Shown: piece by piece, positions 48,053 through 57,248 of the stretch
How the letters are laid out: every line of letters begins with the position of its first letter
Position numbering within the stretch: position 1 is the stretch's first letter
IMG/VR virus record: IMGVR_UViG_3300023174_000074
Location: 32,001 to 96,000 of that record
Origin: a virus
Reading direction: 5' to 3' (one strand)
DNA: 64,000 nt
Program-made: the position numbers and the translations under genes
Notes under the pieces: model-generated
Seen by the model: the letters and a program-made list of their open reading frames with translations, nothing else
Told to the model about the DNA's origin: nothing
Databases searched by the model: none

Positions 48053-48304
48053 ATGAAACAACTTAAACCGATAACAAGCTTTATAGCAGAGAGAAAAAGG
48101 CAGGACTTTTGCAAAGGATGCGGAAAAAGCATAGAGGACCAGGAAAAAGAATGTCCAACCTGTGGAGCATTTCCACAAAAGGCTTATCATGAGAGGGCAG
48201 CAGTTAAAACTCTAGGTATTTCTAAATGGCTTCAGAACTCGCCTGTTATGCAGCCAAATCAAAAACTAAGTGAGAATACAATTACCAGACTTAGAGAATT
48301 CTAA
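48053..48304 (+). CDS. zinc-ribbon protein
   Basis: CKGC...CPTCG. Confidence 0.65.
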   Translation: MKQLKPITSFIAERKRQDFCKGCGKSIEDQEKECPTCGAFPQKAYHERAAVKTLGISKWLQNSPVMQPNQKLSENTITRLREF

Positions 48305-48325
48305 GAAATAAATTTTAACATAATT

Positions 48326-48355
48326 AAAATCCAGGCAGCAGTCTGGATTTTTTTT
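48326..48355 (+). terminator. Rho-independent terminator
   Basis: AATCCAGGC/GTCTGGATT plus T run. Confidence 0.7.
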
Positions 48356-48363
48356 GGAAAACA

Positions 48364-48395
48364 TTTTTTTTATCCGTAGCCAGATATTACTTTTG
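48364..48395 (+). promoter_or_regulatory. putative early promoter Tn-CCG-N11-TACTTTTG
   Basis: conserved motif. Confidence 0.65.
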
Positions 48396-48730
48396 CTTCA
48401 AAGAAGCTATGTATTATGAACATAAAAATATGGGACTCTAGAAATGAGCAATGGCTTGAGCCAATGTCAATTTATTTTGGCAAGGAAATACCATCCGGAA
48501 AATAAATGCAGTTAAACCCGGAACTGATCCTCTTTCCGATGGTTGGTATGATATCCAAGGGGAAGATTTAAAAAAAGTTGCCATGATTGGGAATTTTGAG
48601 TATAATGTAGAATTGCTAAGTATTAACAAAGGAAGGAAAAATTAAAAAGAGAAAGATGAAAATAAATTGTATACAGAGAAAAAAGCCGGGGAACTTTTGA
48701 TAGCAATGAATAGTTTAAAATCTTAAGAGA

Positions 48731-48982
48731 ATGAAAACACTAACCCAGATAACTAAATTAAGACCTGAATTCAAATTCGGAGACATGACAATGATTGACT
48801 GGTTCGAGGTATCTTCAGGTCATGGATACTGCTGTATAAGGAGCGGGCTTAGGCATGCTGACGGTGAAACAAAATCCCCATACTATTATGAAAATTGTAT
48901 CGGCGGAAAAAATGCTAAAAAAGAAGCATTAACTAAATTTAATCAATGGTACGAATCTCTTAATAAAGCAAGACTGATATGA
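48731..48982 (+). CDS. hypothetical protein
   Basis: ORF. Confidence 0.55.
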   Translation: MKTLTQITKLRPEFKFGDMTMIDWFEVSSGHGYCCIRSGLRHADGETKSPYYYENCIGGKNAKKEALTKFNQWYESLNKARLI

Positions 48983-49209
48983 AAACTATAATCCACGTAA
49001 ACCAACACAACATCAAGGTCAATGCTAAGGGTGAAAATAAACCTGTTATCACATGCAAGACATATAAGACAAACACTTATGCAAACGAAGTCACGATATA
49101 TGGACAGGATGGACTCCCGGCTGCTAGGATAATCTACTCAAAAGATAAACCGCTCTCATGTGGTGCCAAAGTTTGGATAGAAACTTATGGCAAAGTGGAG
49201 ACTAAATAA
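48979..49209 (+). CDS. conserved small phage protein
   Basis: IHVNQH...KPLSCGAKVWIET. Confidence 0.7.
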   Translation: MKTIIHVNQHNIKVNAKGENKPVITCKTYKTNTYANEVTIYGQDGLPAARIIYSKDKPLSCGAKVWIETYGKVETK

Positions 49210-49213
49210 GAAG

Positions 49214-49816
49214 ATGAACAATTTTGACCTCATAAGAAAAATGTTAAGCTTCCCTGACGAGAACGCTTTCTACTTTCTTCAAATACTTAAAAGAAGAAAG
49301 GACAATCCTGATCTAGGGAAGGATATGATCCATATTGCGGACTACTATATCTATAGTCTGGAACAGTTCGATGGATTAAGGCAGAGAATTATACATCAAT
49401 GCGACACAGAGAATGCCAGAGCATACTTTAGACTTAATCGTAGGGACTCTAAGAAGGTCGCTATGCAAGTTTTAAAGAGAACGGTAGATCATATTATGTC
49501 TGAAAATTATCGTGCAGTTAAGAACGCCTTTGCGTCCTGTGCGGGTGAATTTAATTCAGATCCTGATAAGACTTGGATAGTTGATATAGATAATATTTCT
49601 ATCGACACTTTCAATCATTCTGGGGAACAAAAGAAAATTAGACAACTAGTATATGATCTTCAGGTTGACACTGGAAAGGAACCGATCATGAACATTATAC
49701 CCACCAAAGGAGGTGTTCATATCATAACCAGACCATTCAATTTGGATAAATTTAAAACACAATACCCGGAAATAGATGTTCACCGGGATAATCCGACGAT
49801 TTTATATTGCCCATGA
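49214..49816 (+). CDS. hypothetical phage protein
   Basis: RRKDNP, WIVDID, TKGGVHIIT. Confidence 0.7.
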   Translation: MNNFDLIRKMLSFPDENAFYFLQILKRRKDNPDLGKDMIHIADYYIYSLEQFDGLRQRIIHQCDTENARAYFRLNRRDSKKVAMQVLKRTVDHIMSENYRAVKNAFASCAGEFNSDPDKTWIVDIDNISIDTFNHSGEQKKIRQLVYDLQVDTGKEPIMNIIPTKGGVHIITRPFNLDKFKTQYPEIDVHRDNPTILYCP

Positions 49817-51258
49817 GTAAAGTTAAAAAAAAACCAATAATAGATTTAGAATCTCTTAACACGGATCAGAAGACAGCTTTTGAAGATTTAAGGGATTTCG
49901 TTTGTGATAAGGGAGATGATAGCGTCTATGTGCTAAAAGGTTGGGCAGGAACAGGAAAGACCTATTGTGTGAGTGTGCTTGTCAGATATGTGCTCGAGGT
50001 GATACACCCGACACATAATTGGTATAGAATAGCAGTTACAGGACCAACCAATAAATCAGTGAGGGTTATTAAAAAAACCAGCGGGCTGAAAAATCCTAGG
50101 GTTTCGTTTCAAACCATTCATAAAATGCTTGGTCTAACCGAAAGGATAACCAAAGAAGGTGTACAGGAATTTGTTAATCAAGGGGATTTCCAACCAAAGA
50201 TAAAGACGGTAAAGCTACTTATTATCGACGAGGTTTCGATGCTGAATGATGATCTGTTTCAAGAAGTATTAAAATACAGAGACAAGATAAAAATTATCTG
50301 CATGGGAGATCCTGCACAGATTCCCCCTGTAGGTAAACCCGATTGTATTCCTTTTAGAGAAGAGCTTGCTGCAGGCTATAGAATTAAAACTCTTAGTCTA
50401 AAACAGATCATGCGTCAGAAGAAAGATAATGCTATTATCGAATCATCTGTGGCTATTAGATCTGAATTAGGTAGAGCTAAAAATCCAGTTGAACCCGTTA
50501 CAAAGCTAAATGAGAAAGGTGAAGGAATAGAATTTCTTAATCTCAATATTCCTGAGACAAGAAAAGGATTCTCAGAAATACTGAGACGATATTTTGTCAC
50601 CGATGAATTTAAAAAAGATTCTGAGTATGCAAAGATCATTGCATGGAGAAATAAAACTGTTGCAACCATGAATGATGTTATTCGTAAAGTTATCTACGGA
50701 GACGAAGCATTAGGATCAAAGATATTGGTTGGGGAAAAACTAATCGCAAACAATCCGATCATTCAAGGTGAGTCAATAGTTCTGAACACCAACGACGAAT
50801 TCAGTGTGGATAGTTTTACTATCGGTAGCGATGATCTTAGATATCACATATCAGATCAACCCGATGCCGAACCATTTCCAATAACACTAAAGTATTATGA
50901 AACTGTTGTTAGCTATCTTGATGATGAGGATGAAACGGTAAGGGTTAACATACAAATTCTACACGAGGACAGCGAGATGGATTTTAAAAAGCTGGCTAAT
51001 ATTCTAAAGCTTAGAGCTATAGAAAAGAAAGGCAAAGATAAAAGCTGGATAGTGTACTACAACTTTCTTAGAAAGTATGCTGATGTGAATTATGCTTATT
51101 GCACTAGCGCACACAAATCACAGGGAAGCACATACAATACAACATTTGTTCTGGAGGATGACATAAATCAAAATTTTAATATAATTGAAAAAAATAGAAT
51201 ACTTTATACCTCCTATACTAGAGCCAGTAGAAAGCTGTATGTACTTAGAAGATTTTAG
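49813..51258 (+). CDS. dda: Dda-like SF1B DNA helicase
   Basis: GWAGTGKT, IIDEVSM, GDPAQIPPV, HKSQGSTY, YTSYTRA. Confidence 0.9.
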   Translation: MSKVKKKPIIDLESLNTDQKTAFEDLRDFVCDKGDDSVYVLKGWAGTGKTYCVSVLVRYVLEVIHPTHNWYRIAVTGPTNKSVRVIKKTSGLKNPRVSFQTIHKMLGLTERITKEGVQEFVNQGDFQPKIKTVKLLIIDEVSMLNDDLFQEVLKYRDKIKIICMGDPAQIPPVGKPDCIPFREELAAGYRIKTLSLKQIMRQKKDNAIIESSVAIRSELGRAKNPVEPVTKLNEKGEGIEFLNLNIPETRKGFSEILRRYFVTDEFKKDSEYAKIIAWRNKTVATMNDVIRKVIYGDEALGSKILVGEKLIANNPIIQGESIVLNTNDEFSVDSFTIGSDDLRYHISDQPDAEPFPITLKYYETVVSYLDDEDETVRVNIQILHEDSEMDFKKLANILKLRAIEKKGKDKSWIVYYNFLRKYADVNYAYCTSAHKSQGSTYNTTFVLEDDINQNFNIIEKNRILYTSYTRASRKLYVLRRF

Positions 51259-52424
51259 AATCTACCCAAACTCCATCCGTCACTAATATATTTATCGATT
51301 TCTTGCACATCAACCCTAACTGATTTTTTTGATTTATTTATCCATTTTTTACCCCTTGATGAATTTCCCATGCCTTTTCGACTTTCGTCAGTGATATTTA
51401 ACTTATCTTTATCAACGATTCTTCCCAAACACCATCCCTGACATATCCATTTTTCTAGTTGGTCAGCCTTAACCTTTTTATTTTTATCAAAGCAATTATT
51501 TATCCAGATGGTATTTTTATGAACATTGCTCATTTTTAATTTAGCATCCGTTGATCTTTTCATCCCCTTACTTACGTGTCTCAATTCTCCAGATTCCAAT
51601 CTAGGATCATCTATTTTAACCCTCATTCCGTTACCGCTAACATCTTTAACTGGTATTGTTCCCTTAGTAACACCCTGTAATTCACCGGATATAAATCGAG
51701 GATCATTTCGATCCAATATTAAATTTTTGCCTCCATCCTTAACAACTACTTTATGTGTAAATTTATGAATTAGCTCACCACTTTTTAATCTTGGATCGTC
51801 GGTTTTTATTCTTATGTTATTACCATTTTTATCATTTACACATACTGTTCCTTTTATTATACCTGTCATTTTTTCATTTTTGAATTCGTCCTTATTAACA
51901 TAACGAATAATTCCATTTTTATCCCTTCCTACAGCATTGTTACAATGTATACTTTTTAGATCACCATTAAGATAATTAGGATCATCGGTTGAAACCTGTT
52001 GGGTCTTTCCCTCCCCGTCCTTAACAGTAACATATCCTGTTGATATAAATATTAATTCTCCGCTTAAGTACTCTGGATTATTAACTGAGGTCTGAAACGT
52101 ATCCCCTTTTTTATTTCTAACCGTGACAACTCCACAGCTTCCCCCTCCACCACCACCTAAAGTGATATTATATACATTTTCATTTAATATAAATTCGTTA
52201 CTTACTAGTTCTTTTTCTTTTTCTAACATTTTATTTCTACTATCAAAATCATACAATATAATTTTTTTAAATTTCTCTATTCCGTATTTTTTAATAGCTA
52301 GTTTAATTAATTTACCTGATCCCATATAGTTATCATTAATATTATATGTGGAATGACACCCAATATAGATTTTACTATTTACTAGATTTAATATTAAATA
52401 AATCAGATGATGTTTTTTCGCCAT
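51255..52424 (-). CDS. GIY-YIG homing endonuclease (Seg-like) with repeated DDPR..SGEL units
   Basis: LIYLILN...IYIGCHST...YMGSG. Confidence 0.85.
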   Translation of the reverse strand: MAKKHHLIYLILNLVNSKIYIGCHSTYNINDNYMGSGKLIKLAIKKYGIEKFKKIILYDFDSRNKMLEKEKELVSNEFILNENVYNITLGGGGGGSCGVVTVRNKKGDTFQTSVNNPEYLSGELIFISTGYVTVKDGEGKTQQVSTDDPNYLNGDLKSIHCNNAVGRDKNGIIRYVNKDEFKNEKMTGIIKGTVCVNDKNGNNIRIKTDDPRLKSGELIHKFTHKVVVKDGGKNLILDRNDPRFISGELQGVTKGTIPVKDVSGNGMRVKIDDPRLESGELRHVSKGMKRSTDAKLKMSNVHKNTIWINNCFDKNKKVKADQLEKWICQGWCLGRIVDKDKLNITDESRKGMGNSSRGKKWINKSKKSVRVDVQEIDKYISDGWSLGRF

Positions 52425-52456
52425 TTTGTTAGTTTATATATATATATATATCTAAC

Positions 52457-52521
52457 TATAGAATCGAATATACAGCCTACACCAGGCGAGTAAGAAAGTT
52501 TACGTCATGAGAAGATTCTAG
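52457..52521 (+). pseudogene. displaced duplicate of dda 3' end
   Basis: YRIEYTAYTR-(1-nt deletion)-SKKVYVMRRF* versus NRILYTSYTRASRKLYVLRRF*. Confidence 0.75.
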
Positions 52522-53312
52522 TAGCTTTCTCTGATACGGATAAACTTGCAGTCAAGAAATTCCTCGATAGCCTTTTGTCTTAGTCTATCCTTTTCTTTTA
52601 ATTCGTCATTTATATAGTGGTATTTTTCGTCCCATTCATAAACTGTGTTATTTTCTTTATCATATCCATCTACCCAATATCCAAGTTCTTTAACGTGAAA
52701 TTCACACCCGTTTTCTGCGTGTTGAATTCTAATCCCGGTTTCTTCCATTAGCTTATTAAAGTACTCGCAGCCTTTTTTGCTATATGGAGGATGGAATTTT
52801 TTATCGATTGCTTTAAGCTTATCAATAAAAATTACTCTTAGCTTTTTCCTAGTCTCCTCGTTATGGTGTTTCCCGAATTTAGTATCTCTTAATGAATTTT
52901 CCCAATTAGTTCTATGCTCATCACTCATCTTCTTTCCTTTATTCCATGGCGTGCTTGATCCCCATTCGGTATCTTTAATCCCATTCTTCCAATTGCTCTT
53001 ATATTCTTCACTCATTGGCTTACCCTTATTCCAAGGTTCATATCCTTCCTTGTGTACATAAGCCCAGCCCACAGCATTTGGTTGAACTTTCTTGCTGCAG
53101 CTTTTACCGCAATGTTCTCTGTATCCCTTAGCTATATTATTAAATGAAGCTTCCCTATCACACTGCTTGCATTTTATCTTCTCCCCATTTAAAACGTATT
53201 GATCATAATAATCCTTGGTATCTATTTTATGGTTCTGTTTTATGTGACTTCCGAATCCGTTATTTGACTTTGTTTCGAATCCGCATATCTTACATTTCTT
53301 GATATCTTCCAT
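52518..53312 (-). CDS. homing endonuclease-like protein (Zn finger, NUMOD3, PD-(D/E)XK/Vsr-like nuclease)
   Basis: CKIC..H..H, PWNKGK repeats, HAENG.E...YWVDGYD...YEWDEKYH. Confidence 0.78.
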   Translation of the reverse strand: MEDIKKCKICGFETKSNNGFGSHIKQNHKIDTKDYYDQYVLNGEKIKCKQCDREASFNNIAKGYREHCGKSCSKKVQPNAVGWAYVHKEGYEPWNKGKPMSEEYKSNWKNGIKDTEWGSSTPWNKGKKMSDEHRTNWENSLRDTKFGKHHNEETRKKLRVIFIDKLKAIDKKFHPPYSKKGCEYFNKLMEETGIRIQHAENGCEFHVKELGYWVDGYDKENNTVYEWDEKYHYINDELKEKDRLRQKAIEEFLDCKFIRIRESY

Positions 53313-53346
53313 GACTGTGCATAAACTTTAAAGTATATATCATTTT

Positions 53347-53379
53347 ATTTTTTATTCCCGGGTCTGATTCTTATATTTG
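53347..53379 (+). promoter_or_regulatory. putative early promoter upstream of cassette array
   Basis: TTTTTTATTCCCG-N11-TATATTTG. Confidence 0.7.
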
Positions 53380-53397
53380 TAATATAAAATATGGAAT

Positions 53398-53577
53398 ATG
53401 GAAAAAATAGAAACATTAAAAGAAGAACTAATTCATTTAGTAGAAACGGCAATTCAATTCGGTGTTGATTTTGTTGATGTTGTAAAGGTCAAACCATCTG
53501 AGAGAAAAAGGACCGCAAACCGGATGGTTGAAAACACAATCAAAGATTTAGAAAACCCAAAACAAATTAATGATTGA
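53398..53577 (+). CDS. small hypothetical protein (59 aa) preceding array
   Basis: ATG...TGA read from sequence. Confidence 0.5.
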   Translation: MEKIETLKEELIHLVETAIQFGVDFVDVVKVKPSERKRTANRMVENTIKDLENPKQIND

Positions 53578-53580
53578 ACC

Positions 53581-53667
53581 TAACGGTTGGGTATATGTGA
53601 AGTACCTTACCACAAAACTTAAAAATTAAATAGAAACTTTAGGAGGTATTTCACATATACCTTGTTA
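53581..53667 (-). repeat. attC-like site 1
   Basis: TAAC-GGTTG-GGTATATGTGAAGTACCT...AGGTATTTCACATATACC-TT-GTTA. Confidence 0.85.
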
Positions 53668-53682
53668 TAACTCGTTTTAATT

Positions 53683-53925
53683 ATGACTCGATTTGAAAGA
53701 AAAAACAGAACTGAAATAGTTTATAAAGGATTCGGTGGTATTACCGATGCTTTTGACGATATGTATAAACAACTTTGGAGAATAAATGATGAAGAATATA
53801 ATTATTTATGTGAAACACTTACTGATGAAGAATTGAGTGATATTACGCCAGAATTTAAAACTATATCTCAAATAAAAAAAGCGATAACAATAGTAAATAC
53901 GGCTCTTTCTAAAAATGAGTTATAA
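53683..53925 (+). CDS. cassette 1 hypothetical protein
   Basis: stop is the TAA of next TAAC. Confidence 0.7.
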   Translation: MTRFERKNRTEIVYKGFGGITDAFDDMYKQLWRINDEEYNYLCETLTDEELSDITPEFKTISQIKKAITIVNTALSKNEL

Positions 53926-54011
53926 CGGTTGAGTGTATGTGTAGGTTTTTTGAAATTAAACTTTAATATATACTAAAAACTAAATAAAAAACTTACATAT
54001 ACACCTTGTTA
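53923..54011 (-). repeat. attC-like site 2
   Basis: TAAC-GGTTG-AGTGTATGTGTAGG...CTTACATATACACC-TT-GTTA. Confidence 0.85.
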
Positions 54012-54065
54012 TGTGCCGTTTTTTCTTATGGACTTCAAATTATTAATTTTTAAAATAAACAAAAT

Positions 54066-55133
54066 ATGAATTTAGCAAGTGTACAAAAAGTAATCAAATT
54101 AACCCCAATTGAGGGTGCAGATTTGATAGAAACAGCAACCGTATTAGGTTGGGAAATTGTAGTAAAAAAAGGCGAATACAAAGTGGGTGACTTATGTAGT
54201 TACATTCAGATTGATACAGTAGTTCCCGAACTACCCGAATATGAATTTTTAAGGGAACGGAAATTTAGAGTAAGAACAATCAAATTGCGTAAACAAATTT
54301 CGCAGGGGCTTGTAGTTCCTTTACCTAATGGTAAATGGAAAGAAGGCGATGATATTACAGAGGTTTTGGGAGTAAAGAAATACGAGAAGCCAGACAATAA
54401 CCCAGAACGCTATGAGAAGCCAAGAATGTCTAAAAAATGGTATAAGAAATGGATTTACTTGTTTAAATATAATTTCCTTTTCAAGTTGTTCCCAAAATTA
54501 CAAAGGTTAAGCCGTTCTCCATTCCCTAAAAATTTGGTATCAATTACCGATGAAGAAAGAATACAAAATATACCACATGTATTACAACAATACGCTGGTA
54601 AATTATTTGTAGTAAGCTATAAACTTGATGGTAGTAGTATTACAATAATTCATTCAAAGGTTTTTGGTAAAAGTAAGTTTAGAATTTGCAGTAGAAGATT
54701 TGAATTGCACGACAAAAAAAATGATTGGTACAAAGTATTTACTGATACTAATTTTAAATATGAAATTGCAAAACTTGTAAAGCACTTTAAAACTGATGAT
54801 ATAATTGTACAAGGCGAAGCAATAGGCAAATTTAACGGCAACCACCACAACTTACAAAAAGAGCAAATTAGGTTGTTTAATATCAATGTAAACGGCAAAA
54901 GATTAAACCAACAGGAATTTATAAAAACTTGTTTGGCAAATAATATTCCACATTGCCCAATGTATAAGGAAATTGTTTTAAATCACTCTTTACCCGAAAT
55001 ATTGGCTTTGTCTGAAATTAAAGACGTGATTAATCCATCAGTAGATGTTGAGGGTTTAGTTTGGCGTTGCGTTGAAGATAATTTAAGTTTCAAAGTGATA
55101 AACAATAAATATCTTCTTAAAAACAATGAGTAA
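54066..55133 (+). CDS. cassette 2: RNA ligase, DRB0094/Rnl5-like
   Basis: LASVQKV..PIEGAD.IE, KLRKQISQGL, TDEERIQN, KLDGSS, EGLVWR, FKVIN. Confidence 0.88.
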   Translation: MNLASVQKVIKLTPIEGADLIETATVLGWEIVVKKGEYKVGDLCSYIQIDTVVPELPEYEFLRERKFRVRTIKLRKQISQGLVVPLPNGKWKEGDDITEVLGVKKYEKPDNNPERYEKPRMSKKWYKKWIYLFKYNFLFKLFPKLQRLSRSPFPKNLVSITDEERIQNIPHVLQQYAGKLFVVSYKLDGSSITIIHSKVFGKSKFRICSRRFELHDKKNDWYKVFTDTNFKYEIAKLVKHFKTDDIIVQGEAIGKFNGNHHNLQKEQIRLFNINVNGKRLNQQEFIKTCLANNIPHCPMYKEIVLNHSLPEILALSEIKDVINPSVDVEGLVWRCVEDNLSFKVINNKYLLKNNE

Positions 55134-55157
55134 CGGGGTGTTTCCTAAAATGGCACA

Positions 55158-55205
55158 TAACGGTTGAGTGTAAAAAATCGTTTTAATGTTTTTTACACTT
55201 TGTTA
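55158..55205 (-). repeat. attC-like site 3
   Basis: TAAC-GGTTG-AGTGTAAAAAA...TTTTTTACACT-TT-GTTA. Confidence 0.85.
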
Positions 55206-55233
55206 TAAGTATGTAAAACAAAAATTATACAAT

Positions 55234-55401
55234 ATGAAAGAAAAAATTGAAAATAGGTTAAAAGAGTTATATGATGAATACAAACATGTAACTGATAAAG
55301 ATAGAGTTTGGATTAAACAAACAGGTGGTTTAACAAGAAGAGAACGAATTGAAAAATGTAAAATTCTAATAGAAGAGTTAGAAACATTATTAAATTCATA
55401 A
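55234..55401 (+). CDS. cassette 3 hypothetical protein
   Basis: ORF within about 27-bp complementary cassette ends. Confidence 0.6.
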   Translation: MKEKIENRLKELYDEYKHVTDKDRVWIKQTGGLTRRERIEKCKILIEELETLLNS

Positions 55402-55419
55402 TTTTTGTTTTATTACTTA

Positions 55420-55536
55420 TAACGGTCACAGATATATGTAGTTGTTTAACACAAAACTTAAATAATATGAATAAAGATAAAAATTTAGAACAAAACTTGG
55501 ATAAGAGTAATAAAAAATTACATATATCTGATGTTA
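55420..55536 (-). repeat. attC-like site 4
   Basis: TAAC-GGTCA-CAGATATATGTAG...TTACATATATCTG-AT-GTTA. Confidence 0.85.
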
Positions 55537-55739
55537 GTTGTAGTATTGATGATATTAAAAAATGGGTTGATAGTGAAATTGGTTACTATGACGAATGTGA
55601 TACTGTTGAAGATGCGATTGATGATATGTTACATGATTTCAAAACACATTTTTTAAATATTGATTACACAAAGAAATTTGATAAGGAAAACGAACTTATA
55701 AAATACTTCAAAAGTGAGTGGGAACAATATTACAACTAA
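55467..55739 (+). CDS. cassette 4 hypothetical protein
   Basis: starts in hairpin loop (LHISDVS), stops at TAAC. Confidence 0.7.
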   Translation: MNKDKNLEQNLDKSNKKLHISDVSCSIDDIKKWVDSEIGYYDECDTVEDAIDDMLHDFKTHFLNIDYTKKFDKENELIKYFKSEWEQYYN

Positions 55740-55862
55740 CGGTTTGCAGATAGGCGAAGGCAAGGATTTAGAAAACAAAAATTTAACTTTAAAATAGAAT
55801 TTAATATGAAAAAGAAATCATCATTTTACCACAACACCCTTGCTTTTGCTTATGTGCTGTTA
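55737..55862 (-). repeat. attC-like site 5
   Basis: TAAC-GGTTT-GCAGATAGGCGAAGGCAAGG...CCTTGCTTTTGCTTATGTGC-T-GTTA. Confidence 0.85.
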
Positions 55863-55991
55863 GTTGCAGTTTTTTTGTGGGTGGCAATTTCAAGCACCAT
55901 TCAAAGGTTCAAATGTGCTAAACTTACTGAAACAGAAATATTTATTAGAATACCAAAGTCTTTTGTGTGCGATTGGGCAAATTGCAACTAA
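55806..55991 (+). CDS. cassette 5 small membrane protein
   Basis: TM helix; starts in loop, stops at TAAC. Confidence 0.65.
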   Translation: MKKKSSFYHNTLAFAYVLLVAVFLWVAISSTIQRFKCAKLTETEIFIRIPKSFVCDWANCN

Positions 55992-56113
55992 CGGTTGATG
56001 CTTGGTGCAGTTGCGAAATTGAACGATAAACTTAATTAAAAAACGGAAACATGAATTGGATTAAAAATATTTTTAGAAAACGGAAACAAGCAATTGCATC
56101 CAAGCATTTGTTA
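55989..56113 (-). repeat. attC-like site 6
   Basis: TAAC-GGTT-GATGCTTGGTGCAGTTGC...GCAATTGCATCCAAGCATT-T-GTTA. Confidence 0.85.
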
Positions 56114-56311
56114 GCGGCTGGGCTGGAGTTTAGACGAACATCTCTTGGTCAAGCTGCATTTATTCCGAAAGGCACAACAAGTAATTATGCTGATAAAATA
56201 ATGTTCCCCGACAATTGGAGTAGAGCAGAATTTAGAGCAATGGCAGATTACATGGATGCGTTTCCTGACTGCACATTATTTTCAGATGGAAGTGGTAAGC
56301 CTTGCCGCTAA
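56051..56311 (+). CDS. cassette 6 hypothetical protein
   Basis: starts in loop, stops at TAAC. Confidence 0.65.
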   Translation: MNWIKNIFRKRKQAIASKHLLAAGLEFRRTSLGQAAFIPKGTTSNYADKIMFPDNWSRAEFRAMADYMDAFPDCTLFSDGSGKPCR

Positions 56312-56433
56312 CGGTTGGGTATAAATGAAGTGCCGATTTTGAAAAACAAATGTTCAATTAAAAACAAAAGATAAAATGGAAAACAAAAGTTCAATTACAG
56401 ACGAAAGTAAGGCATTGCAACAAGCCGATGTTA
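56309..56433 (-). repeat. attC-like site 7 (poorly paired arms)
   Basis: TAAC-GGTTGG...GTGCC...GGCATTGCAACAAGCCG-AT-GTTA. Confidence 0.7.
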
Positions 56434-56621
56434 GCAGCAGTGCGAGGTATATAATTGTTGATGAAAGCGTTTCAGCACATTGTTGTTTTGAATGCACAAT
56501 AATTGATACCGCAGCAGGTAAAGAAGCTTATGGTGATTACTGGAAGCGTTCAATGTGCGAAACATTCGACAGGGCAGAAGCTGAAATTATATGTGATGCG
56601 CTCAATAAGCATTTCTGCTAA
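56376..56621 (+). CDS. cassette 7 hypothetical protein
   Basis: ALQQADVS arm-encoded motif; SAHCCFE...ICDALN. Confidence 0.7.
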   Translation: MENKSSITDESKALQQADVSSSARYIIVDESVSAHCCFECTIIDTAAGKEAYGDYWKRSMCETFDRAEAEIICDALNKHFC

Positions 56622-56706
56622 CGATTTCGGGCTTGGCGAAGTGCCGCTACTCGAAACTTGAATTTTAGCACTAACTGTCCTGCGGCATTTTGCCAAACCC
56701 GTGTTA
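56619..56706 (-). repeat. attC-like site 8
   Basis: TAAC-GATTT-CGGGCTTGGCGAAGTGCCGC...GCGGCATTTTGCCAAACCCG-T-GTTA. Confidence 0.85.
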
Positions 56707-56754
56707 TGGGATAGTTTTAAAAACCTTTTAGGGTGGGCATTTAAAAACGAAATA

Positions 56755-57213
56755 ATGATAATAGCGATTGATTTTGATGGAACTTGCGTAACACACGAAT
56801 TTCCAAAAGTGGGCAAAGACATTGGTGCTGTGCCTGTATTAAAAGAGTTGGTTAAAAATAACCACCAATTAGTTTTGTTTACAATGCGAAGCGACATAGT
56901 TAATCCAACGGGAGAGGACAATGAATTGCACCTTGAAAGCGGAAACTATTTAACTGATGCAATTGATTGGTTTAAACAAAACGAAATACCACTTTACGGA
57001 ATACAAACCAACCCGATACAGCACACTTGGACTACAAGCCCGAAAGCATACGCACAACTTTACATTGATGATGCTGCTTTAGGATGCCCACTTTTGGTTG
57101 ACATTGTAAAAGATGGTGACGAAAGTATTAAGCAAGTTGGCAGACCTTATGTTAATTGGGAAAAGGTAAAAGAAATGCTAATTGATAAAGGGATTATTGA
57201 TGATGAAGACTAA
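56755..57213 (+). CDS. cassette 8: HAD-superfamily hydrolase (BT0820-like)
   Basis: IAIDFDGT, LFTMR, SPKAYAQLYIDD. Confidence 0.82.
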   Translation: MIIAIDFDGTCVTHEFPKVGKDIGAVPVLKELVKNNHQLVLFTMRSDIVNPTGEDNELHLESGNYLTDAIDWFKQNEIPLYGIQTNPIQHTWTTSPKAYAQLYIDDAALGCPLLVDIVKDGDESIKQVGRPYVNWEKVKEMLIDKGIIDDED

Positions 57214-57248
57214 CCCGTGCGGTGGGAAAAGGTTTTTAAAATTTCCCA

